64,000 nucleotides of DNA from Dipteris shenzhenensis (GCA_047967505.1 CM106538.1); one strand, 5' to 3'; positions 1 through 15,600 are shown, counted from the stretch's first letter. Program-made: numbers and translations. Notes: generated by a model not told the origin, from the sequence alone.

Positions 1-628
1 CCTCAAACAGAGGCAACAGGCAGCGGATTAGGGTTACATATATGCAACCTCAGGCAGTAGAAGGGCTGCAGCAGGAGAAGCGCTTGGAAAGGCATGCAGG
101 ACTAACCGCTCAGAGCATGCATGAGCAGTACATGCCTCCATCTCCCTTAGTTTTGGTATAGCATCCTTGGTTGTAACTTTCCCAGCACCCATTGGAGTTT
201 GTGCTTAATCTGGAGCTACCTGTTTCCCAGTTCTGTGGATGAATATATGGAGTTCTTTTTGAGGTTCTAGTCGCTGTCATATCTTCTGCATATCATTATC
301 TTATGTGGGTCATTCGCAGTGTACTGTTGAGTGTGTTCTGGAAGAGCACTCGACATCTGACATTCTCTCCTAGGCTAAGTTGCGACTCTGAAATAGTCTA
401 TGATTGCCATATTACATGTATTATAAATGCATATCACATGTTTGATTAGTAGAGGTTACTTCTGGGTCAGTTCCCTTTACCACGTGTCTAATTGTTACTG
501 TAACGTGTTCCTGCAGTTTTACGTTTGCTGACCTGTGTGATTGTTGCAGCTTTATTGTTTTGGGGTCCTAAACATTTATATTTATTCGGTATTATAGTGA
601 ATTGATCTAAAAATTTGAATATTTCCAG

Positions 629-703
629 GCCTGCCATTTACTGTGCTTACTATCAAAGGAGCTCTTGGCTGATTTTGAACCATGTGCTGAATCATTCATA
701 CCT
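629..703 (+). CDS. CLASP: CLASP exon (ACHLLCLLSKELLADFEPCAESFIP)
   Basis: cag|GCC ... CCT|gtcagt, 75 nt. Confidence 0.92.
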
Positions 704-3700
704 GTCAGTTCCAACTCTACACTACTGAATTGTTTTTCATGTTTACCAAGCTGCTGTGAGTTCTAATGTGATCATTCTCATCAGTGACCTACAAATGCCA
801 GTCTGGTTTGATTCAAAGAGTCTAGTGAATAGTCTTTGCTGAAGGTAGCCTTCCCCCATGATATCTCTCACAGGTGTTGTTTAAGCTGGTTGTAATCACA
901 GTGTTGGTTATTGCTGAATCTGCAGATACATGCATAAAAACGGTAAGTTGTGCTTTCTTGTATTTGTTATTCTAAGCTTCCTCAGTGACAGATAGACGAT
1001 AGTCTTATTTTGTCCTGCTACCTGTGAGTAGCATTTTAGTTTTCTTATGTCCATCAGTCCTCATTGGTGTGCAGATGCTGCGGAACTGTAGGGTTGCTCG
1101 GGTTCTACCGCGTATTGTGGACAGTGCAAAGAATGATCGTAATTCGGTGCTTCGTGCAAGGTTGCTGCATGAAAAAAATTTCGGTCATTTTTTTCCACGA
1201 TTGGCAAGTTGTTGTCATATTAGCTAGCTTGTTTTACCTCTTAGTTTGAATAAAAACCAGTCTTCTGTTGCAGGTGCTGTGATTATGCACTCTTGGTGTT
1301 GGAGCAGTGGTCTGACTCTCCAGAAATACAGAAGCTGGTGGATCTGTATGAGGACCTTATCAAATGTTGTGTGGGGGATGCCATGAGTGAGGTCTGACTG
1401 AATGCCTCTGTTATACAAAAGAAGTTGTTTTTTTGGTTGATTTCTATTCATATGAGAATTCTTCTCCTTCAGCTGGCCAATATTGGGAAGTCCTAAAAAG
1501 GTGTATCCAATTCAAATTCTGCAAATTCGGTATAAAAGATCCAGGCACACCTGGTCTTATCATTTATGGCCATCGATTCTTGTCTTAATGCCTGTCACTT
1601 CACCCAAACTTGACCATCTGAAAGGATTTTCGAACTTGACCATCTGAAAGGATCCGAAAATTGAAGTTTTCCAAGTAAAAGCCATGACAAATAGAAACTC
1701 AAAGGACTGAACTACAAAGGCTGCAATGTTGCATGTTCTGAACATATTGGAGATGGCATTGAGGATGTGAAAGGGATGTGCTTCATATGGTTTTAAATTT
1801 GTCTGGATGTATCATGTATGTTTGGGGGAAGGAAAGAAGCAGCTCGCTTATTCTTATTTACTTTTATTGAAAGGTGTCCCAAAGCTCCAAGGAGACTTTA
1901 TACTGACCAGGAATTATCATTATGTTATCTGTCCTAGATCATGACCTTTGGGAGGATGCAGCTCCTGTAGTCGCCTATCAAGCGAGAGCAAGGGACAGTG
2001 TCAAAAGCCTTCCAAAAGTTCACGAAGCAAGTGTAGACCTTTTGGCGTCTCAACTGCGCCTCCTCAATGATGGCTCTCAGGGTAAAAATATGGTCCAATG
2101 TGGAATGCTGTCTCTGAAAGCGTGCCTGCCCAAGAGCCCGTTGTCCATGGTCCTCTGTATAACTACTGATCGCCCTCTCCAGTATCGATCCATAAATCTT
2201 AGCCAGAGTGTGGGCAATCATGAGAGTGCGGTAGTTCCCAGTATCGATGGGGTCCGCTGCCTTATGTATCGGTACAATGGTGGTAGTGCTCCAAGTAGGT
2301 GGGAATCCGTGACATACTGCATGGTTGAACAGCTGCGCTAGAACCGGCGCCAGGACCTCCTGATGTGCAAAGTGCTCTGTATGTACCCCCTCATGGTTTG
2401 GCGCTCTTCGGTTGTGTAGACGAAGGAGGATATTCCTCATGTTTTGCATAGTGAACAAGTGACAAGTAGTGGCTCTGGGCATAGAGATATCGTATAAGAA
2501 GCATGCATATCTGTGCCAAATCTCTGGGTCCGTGATGGGAATGGGCTGTTTCCCCTCTGATAGGAGTCCCCAGCCGATAGTCGGGTCTCCCCCTCGAAAG
2601 GATCCGACCACCTCATCAATCCTACGAGTGAGAAAAGTCCACTTCTTACGTCGTGCCATCCGATGTGAGATGCGATGCGCCTCAGATGAGGTCCCAAGGG
2701 CTGCTCGTGTGTGAGGTGAGCTCTCATCTCCTTACACTCATCATCATACCAGGGCTTTTGAGGCATCCTCCCAACCGGGGCATGAGTGGGTCGAGTCGTA
2801 GGGAAAGATTTGATGGCACTGGGCAGCCTCGTGTACCACTGAAGGTGGCTGAAACCTGAGCAAGGTCTACTTGCGCTCTGTGTATGGCCGGAAGCTCTCG
2901 AGCTAAGTGACTCGCGTGGACTGGATCGAGAGTCTGGTCAAAGTGAACATGGGTCTGAGTGGGCGCATGGAGGACTCTCTGTGGCTGGCCTAGTAGTGGA
3001 AATACAGAATGTCAGGTATGAGTGATCAGCGCCGAGTGGGGGAGGGGGTAGTCCACTGTGCTTGCCCCCCTTCCATGTGGGAAACAAGTGAGTCCATTGG
3101 ATGGTGGCCATCTTTGAAGGCCGTTGTATATGATCAGATCATGTATTGCTCTCATCACAAGTAGGTGCCGCCCATACCCTGTCACGTGTGGAGCATCTGC
3201 TAAGTGTCTCACTATCCCGAGCTGAGCTGAATCTAACTCTGGTACTATGAGGGAATCTGATGCAAAGCCAAGTAGTCCCACGTGGTTGTCCCCTGTGCAT
3301 GCATTGAAGTCACCAAGGAGGAGGGTGTCACCCTGTCTAGAGAACTCGGTGATATCATCATGTATACTCTCATACGGGCTGTTCTCTTCTGCGGCAACCT
3401 CACCTGCATAGGATGATGTATTCGGAGGAAAGTAGCACACCGCAATGAAGATCGGTCGTGCTTTTGGTATCTGAACTCTAATCCACATGTGTTGTGCATC
3501 TCTTTCTTAACCACCGAAAGGAGTGTCCTGAGAGCTGATTTGAAGAGGACAGCCAGACCCCTAGAACCTCGTACTCCACTATCCCTCCTCAATTCCCTCC
3601 TATGGGCAGACTCCCATGTGCATCCTGTCACGGTGGGCAGCCCTCTCTCTGGGCTCTTGTGTGTCTCGGTGTAGAAGACCATATCTCTGTTACTGTATGT

Positions 3701-6700
3701 CTCCAAGAACCCTCCTGGGTCGGACCAAAGGGTGCCATTACAATTCCACACTGCCAGCTTCAATTTGTTTTGCATACTCGTCCCATTGTCCAGACCCGTC
3801 ATGTGCTGTCCCCTTCTCCAACATCTCGTACTTCTCTTTCTTTCTACCCTCTTTCGAATGATCACCTTGCCATCTCTGTAAACTGCCCATTTCCCCTCGT
3901 CTTGCAGCCATCACCCGCACCATTCCTTCCATTCTATGCTCCTGCTGTAGGAGTGTGAGGTCTTCATCTAGATAGATCTTGGTCCCCTTCAGTGTTACCC
4001 GTATACTCTATTTGTGGCTGTCCGTAACTTTACAACCAAGGGCCTTGTCGGTGCATCTTCTTTACCCACTCTCCAAGCTGATTCACAAGTAAGGTTGATT
4101 CCCATCTTGTCAAAGAGGGTTTTGGCATCTGACATGGGGCTATCACCTACAGGAAGACCTGTGACCAGCACATTCAATGTCTTGCTGCCCCGTCGTTTTT
4201 CTTCTTCAAGTGTTTTAGAGATGAGCTCCCTTTTCTTTGGTGTTGTGTCTTTCTTTAGCACATCTTTCCATGCAAGCATATCTGCCTTCCCCTTCGTGAT
4301 TTGTTGTATGAACTCAGCATGTTTCCCTTGTACCGTTGTTTGCAAAGCTGCCATTTCCTTTTTCAGCTGTTTATTCTCTGATTTCAGCACATCAATGATC
4401 TTACATCCTTCCTCTGGCACTTCCTTTGCATCTTTGAGCTATTGCATTTGTTCTTTAATGGTGTTCAGCTCCTTGTTAAACGGTGGCTGAAACTCCCCTT
4501 CCTCCCAGTGTGCACTTGCCTTCAGTTTGTCATTCTCATCTTTAAGGGCAGCCACCTGGGCTTCTAATATCTCAATCTCAGAGGCCAAATGACTGGTTTT
4601 AGAATGATGATTGCCCACACAACACTAACATCCTTATGGTCAGAGCGTCTAGGGGGACGAGGTAGTGAGGGCATAAAGTCATAAATAGAGTGCTGGCGGC
4701 TGCCCACGGACGTGGTCCTATGTCATCTTGTGGTCGTAGCTCAGTGTCTAATAAGGGCAACAATGATCCTTGTCAATGGAGCCCGAACTCTGAACAGAGA
4801 AGAAATCTCCCCAAGCATAACTGTGCATCAATCCTCTGTCTGAGAGTTGTTGTGTCGTTGGCTATGTGTCGCGATCATGGCGGAGCCTCGTGGTGTGGGA
4901 GCCCGCATGGTCTGGTTGGAAGAACTCAGTGATCGAGCTCTGAGAAGAGTCTATTAAGGAGGTCTACTCTTGTCTCCGTGATCGAAGTAGATGCTTGCGG
5001 TGTTTGACTGCCTTTTCTGAATGAAGGTGGCTAAGCATCTCTGGTCTGGGAAGGAGAGAAAGCGGGACAATATCCCAGAACTGTCTTTGAAGAGTCAATA
5101 GAAGCGTCCTTGGATCTCATAGTATACTGGGCATTTGAAAATAAAATGCTCCTCCGACTCAATCTCTTGGATGCCACATAATGTGCATATGCACCTCTCC
5201 TTGGGCAAACCCTCAGCCCTGCCACTCTTGATGCGAAGTCTATGTGAAGAGATCCGAAACTGCCCAATAGAGATCTTGAATGAGTGGGGTAGGCTTGAGG
5301 AGTTGGAGTATGAGAGGATAGGGTGTAGAGGTTGGGGGAGGGATTATGTGTAAAGCGTGAGGTTTTGCGACCAGGTGGGCAAACATGGGATCTCCTCACG
5401 TGACAATATTGCGAGTGTGCCTATGGTTATTCCATGAAGCCACCATAAAATCGATTTTCTAGGTGCTCACTCTGCACAAAAAATTGCTTCCATGTAATTT
5501 TAGACCAGAATGTATCAGCACGTGAAGATTTTATGTAGGGAGATCATAGACGCTGAGTTATTTTGTTTGTGTCATGTGTTCTTCGTGAATGCATGCATTT
5601 CATTGATTATTTAAATGTTTTGGTACACTGATATATTATGAAAGGCAGTTTGGGTGAATGATTACAGAACAAAATAACCAATCACATCATGTGAAAGGGT
5701 GTGCGAGACAATCAACTTCTTGATAAGAGCTTTATTGCTTTTGAAATAAATATTGCAATATATGAAAGCAAGATTAGCAAGCACATGGATTTTAATCACA
5801 CTCATGCGGACTTACAAATGTTGTCCTAGTGTAGTGGGTGATTGTAATCCATTAATAAATATAGCTCAAGGTTTTCCGTTTGTGTTAATTTTAAAGCAAT
5901 TTCTAAATCATAATGAAGAAAAGCAGTTTCCGTAAATGTCCAGAGTTCGTAATGTTCTGGCTGGAGACGTATTGTTATGATTTTATCTAGTAAACACACA
6001 ATGCAAACTGCCTGATTATGCATTGCGTATTTATCTTCATGTGATGGTGCTGGTGGACTTGAAATTTAGGTGTGATGCAAACAATGTTTGTCGGGTTCTC
6101 TTTTCCATTATTGCAGGTAGCTCTTTGGGTTGGGTTATGATTGCATGGGAATAGTCTTTGGTTGTGTAATATGCCTAACATTTACAATATTGCTAGATAT
6201 CTGAGCGTGTCTCTATTAATCCTATTTATCAAATGCATTTTGCCCTTTAGGTTCGATCGACTGCGCGGACATGCTATCGATTGTTTGCAAAATGTTGGCC
6301 TGATCGAGCTCGTCGATTGTTTGCCAGTTTTGATCCTGTGATCCAAAGAGTAAGTTCATGCTGATGAGGGAGTGTAGCAGATGCAGCATCACGTATCATC
6401 CATGGGTTTTTCCAGCAGCATGATTCTACGTACTTTCAATGGTATAACACCACTTTGTATTTATTTTTGCAGTTAATAAATGAAGAAGAAGGAGGCCTTC
6501 ATAAACGCTATGCATCTCCATCTCTACGAGACCGGGGTGCTCATCAGTTACGACATACAAATGCAACATCTGCAGGCACACAATCTGCTTCAGCTGGAAG
6601 TCACTTGGTGTCATTTGGAGCCACACCTATCGTCGCCATGGATCGAACAGGGAGCCTGCTGACAACACAAAAGCAGCCTTCTGAAAGAAGCCTGGAGAGT

Positions 6701-9700
6701 GTACTACAGGCGAGTCAGCAGCAGGTTAATGCAATTGAAACAATGCTCAAAGGCATGGATATTTTGGAAAAGGGAGATTTATCATCATCTGCACGATCCA
6801 ATGGAAAGGACCAAGGTATGGTAGGTGATTTTGAAGAAAAGCCACCTGTCTTATGGTTGCTGCTCGTTTAAGTTTGGTGAATGCTAGGATGGATTTGGAT
6901 TTGATTGGTATTACTCGGATATATAAATCCACCAGTTTGCATGGTGATTTACAAGCTCACATGAAGTGTCTGAAGTTTTTAAAGGTTCTTATGCCTGTGC
7001 TATTCATTTCCCAAAAAAAGGGCCTGTTCCACGTCTTGGTGGAGATTAAATCGGCTTGTTTCATAAGCTTGTCAACCACAACATGAAGCTGTCCCATCCT
7101 GATCTATACAAGGCAGTTCAGTAATAAAATCCATGGCTATGCATCCTTTCGCCTCTGATGATGCATAACAGCTGCATCAAACCCGCCAGTTGCAAGCATT
7201 CAGTAATATACTTCGTCACGTCTTTCCAAAGGACCCACAATAGAAACTCACATTTCATTCTTTCACAGGTCTTTGTGATTCCAATATGTCCTGCCATATG
7301 GAAGAATACATCTCCCTGAACTCTGCCGTCCTGTGAGCTTGAAATCCAGATTAGATTCTGCTGGAACCATCAAAATCCATTATGCAATTTTAAATTCAGG
7401 ATGATCTTGATGTGATAGGTCCTGCAAATATGGCTGCTGCCTCAATTTCTGCATGTACTCTTTTTGAATGCCATGTATCCCATCTTGGTAGATAGTGGAG
7501 ACAGTAGACAATGTCCTGGACATGGCGTATTCTAAGTCATGTAACTGCATCAACCACTTCTTTTACTGACTAACAAGTTGGGCTATGTAAGTAAGTATCT
7601 GAGTGTCTTATGTTTATCTTGCTCCCATAGAGATAGTGATGCCACATTTTGAAGGCATGTGAGATTGCTAACATCTGCTAGTCATACACATGGTAAATGA
7701 GCTCCTTGTCATCGTACTCTTTGCTTTCAAAGGCTATTCTTGCCTTAAAAACATCCCCTAATCATGTACCACGAGCATTTGCCTCCACAATAAATAAGCG
7801 TGAAAAGTCTGGGCATACCACCACATGGACTGTTAGGAACAGAGACAGAAATTGCTTGCTGTAGCGATCGTGTAAAAGTGGCCCCGAAGTCACACAGTGC
7901 TAACTCAAATCTCACTCCTCTCTTCCTTGTTCACACAAGTGAATATAGTTTGACACATGACATTAGAAATATAAAGATCTATTGCTCCAAAGGTGACAAA
8001 AGGTTGTGCAAAGGTATGCTCAGTGTGCCAGTGTCTCGCAGTTAAGGTACCACCTAGATGTGGGCCCCTGGCACCACCAAACTGTTCTCCTACTTTCATG
8101 ACACCTTCAAAAACCTGTCAGCCTGCGTCCTCTCTAAGAGCTTCAGTGGGCTGAGTAGACGCTCTGTAGGACAGACCTGGGGGTCTTGTTTTCAACATGC
8201 CAGGAGCAGTCTGAACGAAAATTCAAGCGTCCTCGGATCGGATGCAGAAAGCAAATCTTTGGAGAAGAGGTCTGCAGCAGCCTGACAGTCCCAAAGTCTG
8301 GACCACCAGTAGCTTCATACCATAACAGCCAATTATTGGGTTACTAACATTAGATGGTTCTTTTTCTGTGTGAGTGCAGCACCAAGACCAATGACCTCTT
8401 CCTTTTCCGAGGTATGCTGAAGCTGAAGGTGACAGTAAGCATTTCAAGAGATTAATCAATCAGAGAGAGGTACAGAAGGGGGAGAACAGCCAATGAACCA
8501 TTCCATGTTTGGAGATTTCCTCATGAATCATAATTATGAGTGGTTTATTGACAGACCAATGAGAATAGCACTGCTAAGCTCCTGGTCCTCCTTTCTGCTT
8601 CTGTCTACTGGGAATGGTGCTGCACAAGGCTCACTGTTTCCAGGCCTCCTGGCAGCTGGAACTGCAGCCAATTTGTGAGGCAATAAGTGTTTGTCTCTGG
8701 ACCTCCTTGCTGCTGGAGCTGCAGCCAAGAACTGGGGCACCTAATACTAGGAACTGCCCCCATCCAGGGGCCCTCTTTTAGGGCTGGAATGCCCAAGTAA
8801 CAGACCAACCAGATCTGGCGGACCAGTCTGGAGACTGGCCCCACCAGCAGATCCCACGGATTGGGCGGACCCAGTCTGTGCTCCTGCAGACTGCCGACCT
8901 GCTGCCACATGGCAGCTGCCTATTGGCCTGACCTGCTGCTGCACTTTCCTACTGCTTTCTGCAGTTTGCCGACCTGCTGTGCTGATGCTCACTCCCTTCA
9001 TCTGTTGCTGCTTCTGCCAACCAGTGCCAGGGGGCCTATAAATGGCCTGTAGTTTCTGTCCTTACTGCTGCCCTGCAGCAGTCGTACATATCTGCTGCTG
9101 ACTAGGCAGCTGGCATGCTGCCTGTGTCCTGCTACTGCTATCAGATATGCTCCGTGCAGCCCAAGGGGACCCTCTTTGTCCTTATGTGCTGCTGGTACAC
9201 CTCCCTTATGTCCTCATTTGGGGGCTCACAGGTGGGGAGGTGACCTAAAATCTATTTAATCCCAACATTCATGGCGTTATCTGATCTGAGAAGCTGTCTC
9301 AAGGATAAGAGTGCAAGTGCTTCCTTATCTCTGGAATCCTACTGACCTGAGAGGTCCGTTGAAGAGAGACCCACATCACACTGTATATCATATTTTTGTT
9401 ACTACCACATGGAGTAGACCATCTAGCAAATCTTTCACCCTGAGGCTCTTTTTTGTTCTTTTGGAATACGTTACAGGCTTACAGCTTGGAATTTGAATGA
9501 AGGTGAACAACACCCTTTACAGCCAGTTGCTCAACAGCGTGGTGGTTTTTAACACAGTCAGGCTGGGAATCTAGGGTTGTCAGAGTTCGTATTGTGACTC
9601 GAATGTTTTGGAGTGCTAGAAGCCACCTGATTGGTTGGTTATGTATGCTCTTAAGACGAGCACTGCTGTCTTTTGGCAGTCCCGTTCCTGATTTTCATTA

Positions 9701-12554
9701 AAAAGAGTCAATTCTGTCTGTTGGTACACTGTAATTCAGAGAAAGAGTTTTATCGTATTTCTCATCTTCTTTGGTTATGTACACCATGATTCATGCTTTG
9801 ATGTGAAGTATCAAAATAGTGTGAATGAATTGTCATGATGTCAAAAGTTTTGTGTGTATTATGATGTTACTTCTCTTTTAGCTGGTATTTATGCAAGAGT
9901 ATGCTATTCCATGGTTGAAGTTGTCGTCTCACAATTAATGTGTCAATTGCAGCAGGTGGAAGCTACAGGAAAATACATGCATCAACACTTGCTGTACGTG
10001 TTGGAGTTGACCCTCCGTCTGCCCGTGATCCTCCTCATCCTGCATCCACTCCTGTAGTAAGCCAGCCTGGTGTTCGAAGTGTGCTGACAGGAGCTTCACC
10101 CAATTACCTTAGAGGTGTTCAAGTTGGTAGTTCTGCTGGAAGTCTAACAAACGTACACACTTCAGCCTCTGCTGATTTTGCTAAAAACACATTCTCAAGT
10201 GGCAATCCTCGGGATGTGACCTCTTCAATCCTTCCTCTGTACTCCGTAAAGAGAGTACCTGTTAATTCTGACAGGTCAAGTCAGGGTAGTTCAAATGATG
10301 AGGGTGTCGATCACAAACCTTTAAAGCGATTCCCACGCCTAGACTCTCAAGCAGAAAAAGCAATGACAGATATTACTCTCAGAGACATGGCATACAGAGA
10401 TAGCTCTCATCATTCGATACCCGGTTTCCAGAGGCCATTATTGAGGACTTGTGGGTCAACAAGGTCTTCAGTAAGCAGCAGAAGCAGTATGGAAGATACT
10501 CAGTTGCCTTTTGGTGAGCCATACAACTACATGGATGGCTTGATGTCACTCAATGATGCTTTAACAGAAGGCCTAAGTGTGAGCTCAGACTGGTCTGCAA
10601 GGGTTGCTGCCTTCAATTATTTGAGAAAGCTCCTGCAACAAGGTCCTAGAGGGGTACAAGAAGTAACCCAGAGCTTTGAGAAAGTGATGAAGCTTTTTTC
10701 TCAACATTTAGATGATCCACATCACAAAGTTGCTCAAGCGGCACTGTCAACTCTTGCAGAACTTGTTCCCACATGCCGGAAGTCCTTTGAGGCATACCTG
10801 GAAAGGATTCTCCCGCACATATTTGCTCGCTTAGTAGACCCGAAGGAGCTGATTCGACAATTGGGAACTTCTGCTTTAGAGATTGTAGGTAATCAGTACA
10901 GCATTGATTCGTTGTTACCTGCATTGTTAAGATCTCTTGATGAGCAAAGGTCACCTAAAGCAAAGATGGCGGTTATCGAATTTGCAATTGCCGCATTTGC
11001 AAAGCTTGCACTCAATGGTGAGGCGGCAGCAGGAAGTAATTTGCTAAAGATGTGGCTGGCTAAACTTGCTCCTCTTGCAAATGAAAAAAATGCAAAGTTG
11101 AAGGAGACAGCTGTGAGTGGTATCATATCTGTGTATTCGCATTTTGATTCCACCACAGTTCTCAATTTTATACTTGGCCTCTCCATTGAAGAACAAAGCA
11201 CCCTTCGCCGAGCTTTGAAGCATTACACTCCTAAAATAGAAGTAGACCTGATGAATTTTCTGCAAAATAGGAGTCAAAGGTCGAGATCCAAGTCCATCCA
11301 TGACCAGGCAGATGTTTCTCCTGCTGTAGACGACAGCTATGGAGTATCCTTCGGGAGAACTAATCCTTCTTTAATGAAAAGTCAATCCCTTGGAGGTTAT
11401 TCTTCCTCTTTGAACAATGATGTTAGTCGGAAATGGGGCAGTGGCCAAACGGACTCCACACAATATGGTAGTAAACTGGCTGGCCAGACAGCTGCTGAAG
11501 AAGTACATAGCATTTATTACCCGAACTACGAAGCTCCCAGTAGTATACATGAACCTATGGGTTTAACCAGGAGTAAGGAGGCAAGAAATGTAGTGGATGG
11601 AAGTCCGGATGGGCCTAAGAGTTGGTCTGATCGATCATCAAGCACTCTTCGTCCAAGCTTAGAGTCGAGGCATGACTATGATAATGCAGTTTCCCCACAA
11701 GTGGATGCTCACCTATATTTGAACAGTGAACATCGCACAGCAACAGTGGAAGGCAAAAATATAGGTGATGGACAATCTGACAGCGAACACAATGCTGAGA
11801 AAGTACGTCAATTAAAGTTGAGCAAAAAGACCCCTGCAGGAGATATGGGCCCTAATGTACCTTCTTTGTTGAATCAGGTGTGAATTTTGATGATTTAAGC
11901 TGCTATTTAGTATGGAAGTGGGATGGCTTGCATGTGATGTTAGGGGGATGAAATTTCAACTCACGGATAGTCATTCTGATAAATATTCCAGAAAGATACA
12001 GAAATATTCCAGCATATTAGCAGATTACTGATCTTTTTAATAAATGCAGCTCTGCAGTGGAAGTGATGAGAAGTCAACTGACCAAAAACGAGCAGCTTTG
12101 CATGAATTTATTCAAATATCAAGGGCAAACCAAAGTACTATATGGTCACAGGTGGTTATCTCATCTCTTCTCGCTTGCTTTTATTCTCATGGAATGCATT
12201 AAAGCCTGCTTTCTTTGATGGCTTTGTGAAGATTGCAAATAGGCCCAGGGAGTTCTTGTGTTGGATTATACATGTGTTTATTCCCTAGTGGCCAAATCAT
12301 GGTCAACAGATCCGTGTGTGCAGGCTATAGCAGGGCACCAGTGCCCACTTCCTTCTACAAGAACATGAATGCTATGGGCACTTAAATTGCCTACGGTATG
12401 GTGTAGGAAGCTACTGAACAGCATCACACGCAACACGAGTAGAACCAACATGGTGTTTTACCTGGATAAATCACTATTTGATACTATTGTAATGTTGTCT
12501 TTGGTCCCATAGGGGGGAATTTACTCTTTCGTTAGCACGATCACATTGTCATTT

Positions 12555-12609
<55 letters not shown>

Positions 12610-15600
12610 CAGAAAGAATTCCAGTGGGACCCAATCATGCCCACGAGGACCTTAGGTTCATCTAATAGGATGGCAATAACTGCTGACACAAGGAGTTTGT
12701 TTCCCATTTTTCCTAGATCCATTAGAAGCTTGTTAGACGTGCGATAGACACCTCTAGCTCCCCCCACGGGGGTGTACTCTTATGGTGCTCTTAATTTCCT
12801 GTCTCTTGGGTTTTTTTGGCTTCCTACTGATGTTGATAAGTCTTCCGAAGACTTTAATAAACTCTCTCTCTCTGTGCCCCCTCTCCCCCCCCCGTGTGTG
12901 TGTGTGCGCCCGCCGCCCTCCCCCCTCCCCCAGGTGCCCTGGCTGTCCCTCCCTCCTCTCTCCCTACATGCATGCTTTTGCCTTAGGTGGTGAGGAAAAT
13001 CAAACAGCATACCCTTCTAGAATGGTCAATTTTTACCAATGTTATGGGACGCCTTGCTCTACATATTGAAATGATAGAACAACGGTGCCACTTGCACTCA
13101 CAGAAGGTGAAGACAATTGCGCGATTAGCTTTCATAACAGAATTGTGTTCCAACTTCCAAGGTTGAGAAGCCTAGTCTAGTTGAAAAAGGCCACATAGCT
13201 AGTTAGGTTTGCTTTCTAGGAAGCTGTTTAAGAGCTTACCTAGTTTAGGATTTTTGATTAGGCTAATTTTATTTCATGTTTAAATTGCAGTACCTTAATC
13301 AAATATTAACTGGGTTGCTTGAGGTCCTTGATGACCCTGATTCATCAGTCAGGGAACTTGCACTCTCAACAATTCTTGAGATGTTGAGTAATCAGGTCAT
13401 CGTCTATACCTTTATGGGTGGTTTTCTGATCAAGTAGATTTATTGATGAAGTTGTTGGTGACTATGTGCTGAATTAGTTTCAATTTTCTGAGTGTGGATA
13501 TTTTAGAAAGATATTTTGGAGGATTCTGTGGAGCTGTTGCTTGAAAAATTGCTCCATAGTACACGGGACCTGGTTGCCACGGTAATTATGAAGGACGGTT
13601 GTTTTGTTGTGATGGGGGGTGGCATTGCTTTTGCACCTTGAATGCCATCTAGTTTAAAATGAAGACACAGACTTTCGTTTGTAACATTTTGCATTTCTAA
13701 ATAGGTTTCAAGTGCTGCTGATCGTTGCCTTACAACCGTGCTGACTCAGTTTGATCCATATAGATGCCTTACGGTTCGATGTCTTACTTGCCTTTGTCTC
13801 TCTCTTTTTTCCGTTGGCATTATAAAGGAATACGATAAACTGCGAACTGTGAGGGTGATATTTTCTGAGTGATGGTTTGCAGGTGGTTGTTCCTCTTCTG
13901 GTCAGTGAGGATGAAAAGACTCTTGTTACTTGCATCAGCTCTCTCACAAAGGTCAGCTAACCCATGCATGAAGTACTTCAGTCACTTAATTATAGACGCT
14001 TGTTGCAATATGCATGCATGTGTTCTGGTTTTTATAATGAAATGTGCTGTCTGGTTGATCGACGCTTGAGAAGTTTGAAGTAAGCTTTCTTCGCTCATAT
14101 TGTTTTATCATCGGGCTTTACAGATTAACATCTAGGGACCCAATCAAATGACCTAACATGTTACAGCCAAAGGGAAAGGTTTGTGGGAGGCAGCAGACGT
14201 GTGACCCTGAGCATGGGACTCTATGATGGTGTAACCACTGGTCACGATGCATTGATTTGTCATGGAGGGTCCAGGGTGAGGGTGACCTGCTTGTGACTCC
14301 CTAGGGCACAGGACAATGATGCATTTATCGAAAGTAACTTAATGGTGGGGATGGAAACCAGCCCAAACATGCAGATTGCATTGATAAAATTAGACAATGC
14401 ACTCTGCTTGTGAGCCCAGGGGGCACAGTATAGTGATGCATTCTCTGCTGTTTCTCCTGTTTTCCACCTTCATAATAACATTCCTACGGATTTTGAGTTT
14501 CCTCTTTAGTCTGTAAGCCTTTTGTTCCTCTGCATAACCGACAAAAATGCATTCAATAGATCTGGAATCCAATTTTCTTTTCTCATTTGGTGCATGCACA
14601 TATGTAGTAAGCCATACATGCTGAGTTTTACAAGTTGCCTTGATGCTTGTGTAAGCCTTCTCAGGTGGTAGGTTGCATTCCAGGGCTGTCATTTTTTCCC
14701 TCTCAGCTATCTTATTTTGCTAAGAGGTGTATGCTGCTGTGTACTGTCTCTTTATCCCACATTTCCTGCAAAAATCAATGAATGCTTGGAATTCGTACTC
14801 TGCACCTTTTTCTGACTCGAGAACTTTGATTCTTTTCCTATGCCTCAAAACATCTGAAAATAGTAGAAGGCATTTGAGTTACGTGCCATCATGTACAGCC
14901 AAGTTTTTTTGAGTAAGCATCAGTAAATGTGATGAAGTAGGCAGCTCCATCGAAAGACTTATTTAAAAGGGTTCCATAATCTCTCTCTGTGTGGCAATCC
15001 TTTTGTTGTGTTGCTCTCATAGCAACAAACCTAGCAGACTTTTTAAACTTAGTGAGACGCACCTGGTTGCCCATAAACCAGTTGTTGCTTATGCAGCTTT
15101 GCAAAGCTTTCAAAATTCATTTGTTTAATGCCATAGAAAGTCTTTTCATCCCCAACAGAAGTGCTGGTATTTGCATTAGAATATTACAGTACAGCTTACA
15201 AAGGTTTTCTTGCTTTCTCTTGTACTTCGAGATTGATGTTCGCAAGTGCCTTTTTTTGCCATATGAGAAAATCTGCTATTCTTTAGCACGTCTCTGGCTT
15301 CTTGTCAATGTCATCCACAATGTTCCATTAGTCAAGAGCTAAGAGGAAGTCTGAACCTGTTTTTTGAGATGTGATAGTTGGATGATCCCTCCCACTTGTA
15401 TGTATCCTTCAAACTCAGGAAGCTAGTGGATTTGCCTGCTGGGAAGAAAGCAACTGGTACTACATGGGTGTACAAGCTGAAACGTAAGTCAAATGGTTCC
15501 ATAGATAGGTACAAGTTTTGTAGTGCGTGGCATGGAGGACAAGGTATGCAAGTTGAAGAAAGCCTTGTGTGGCTTGAAACCGGCTCCTAGAGCTTTGTAT

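Noticed and set aside
1-362. LTR end at the window start
   Set aside because: Composition is suggestive, but no partner LTR, PBS or PPT is visible
926-942. 17-nt micro-exon after tgcag
   Set aside because: CLASP homology and phase show the exon starts at 874
8655-8728. Self-priming signal from the PBS-like word repeated inside the LTR
   Set aside because: The second copy is a direct repeat, whereas Tf1-type self-priming needs a complementary one
9940-11883. Stand-alone 647-aa gene
   Set aside because: It is an internal CLASP exon with splice sites and no ATG start
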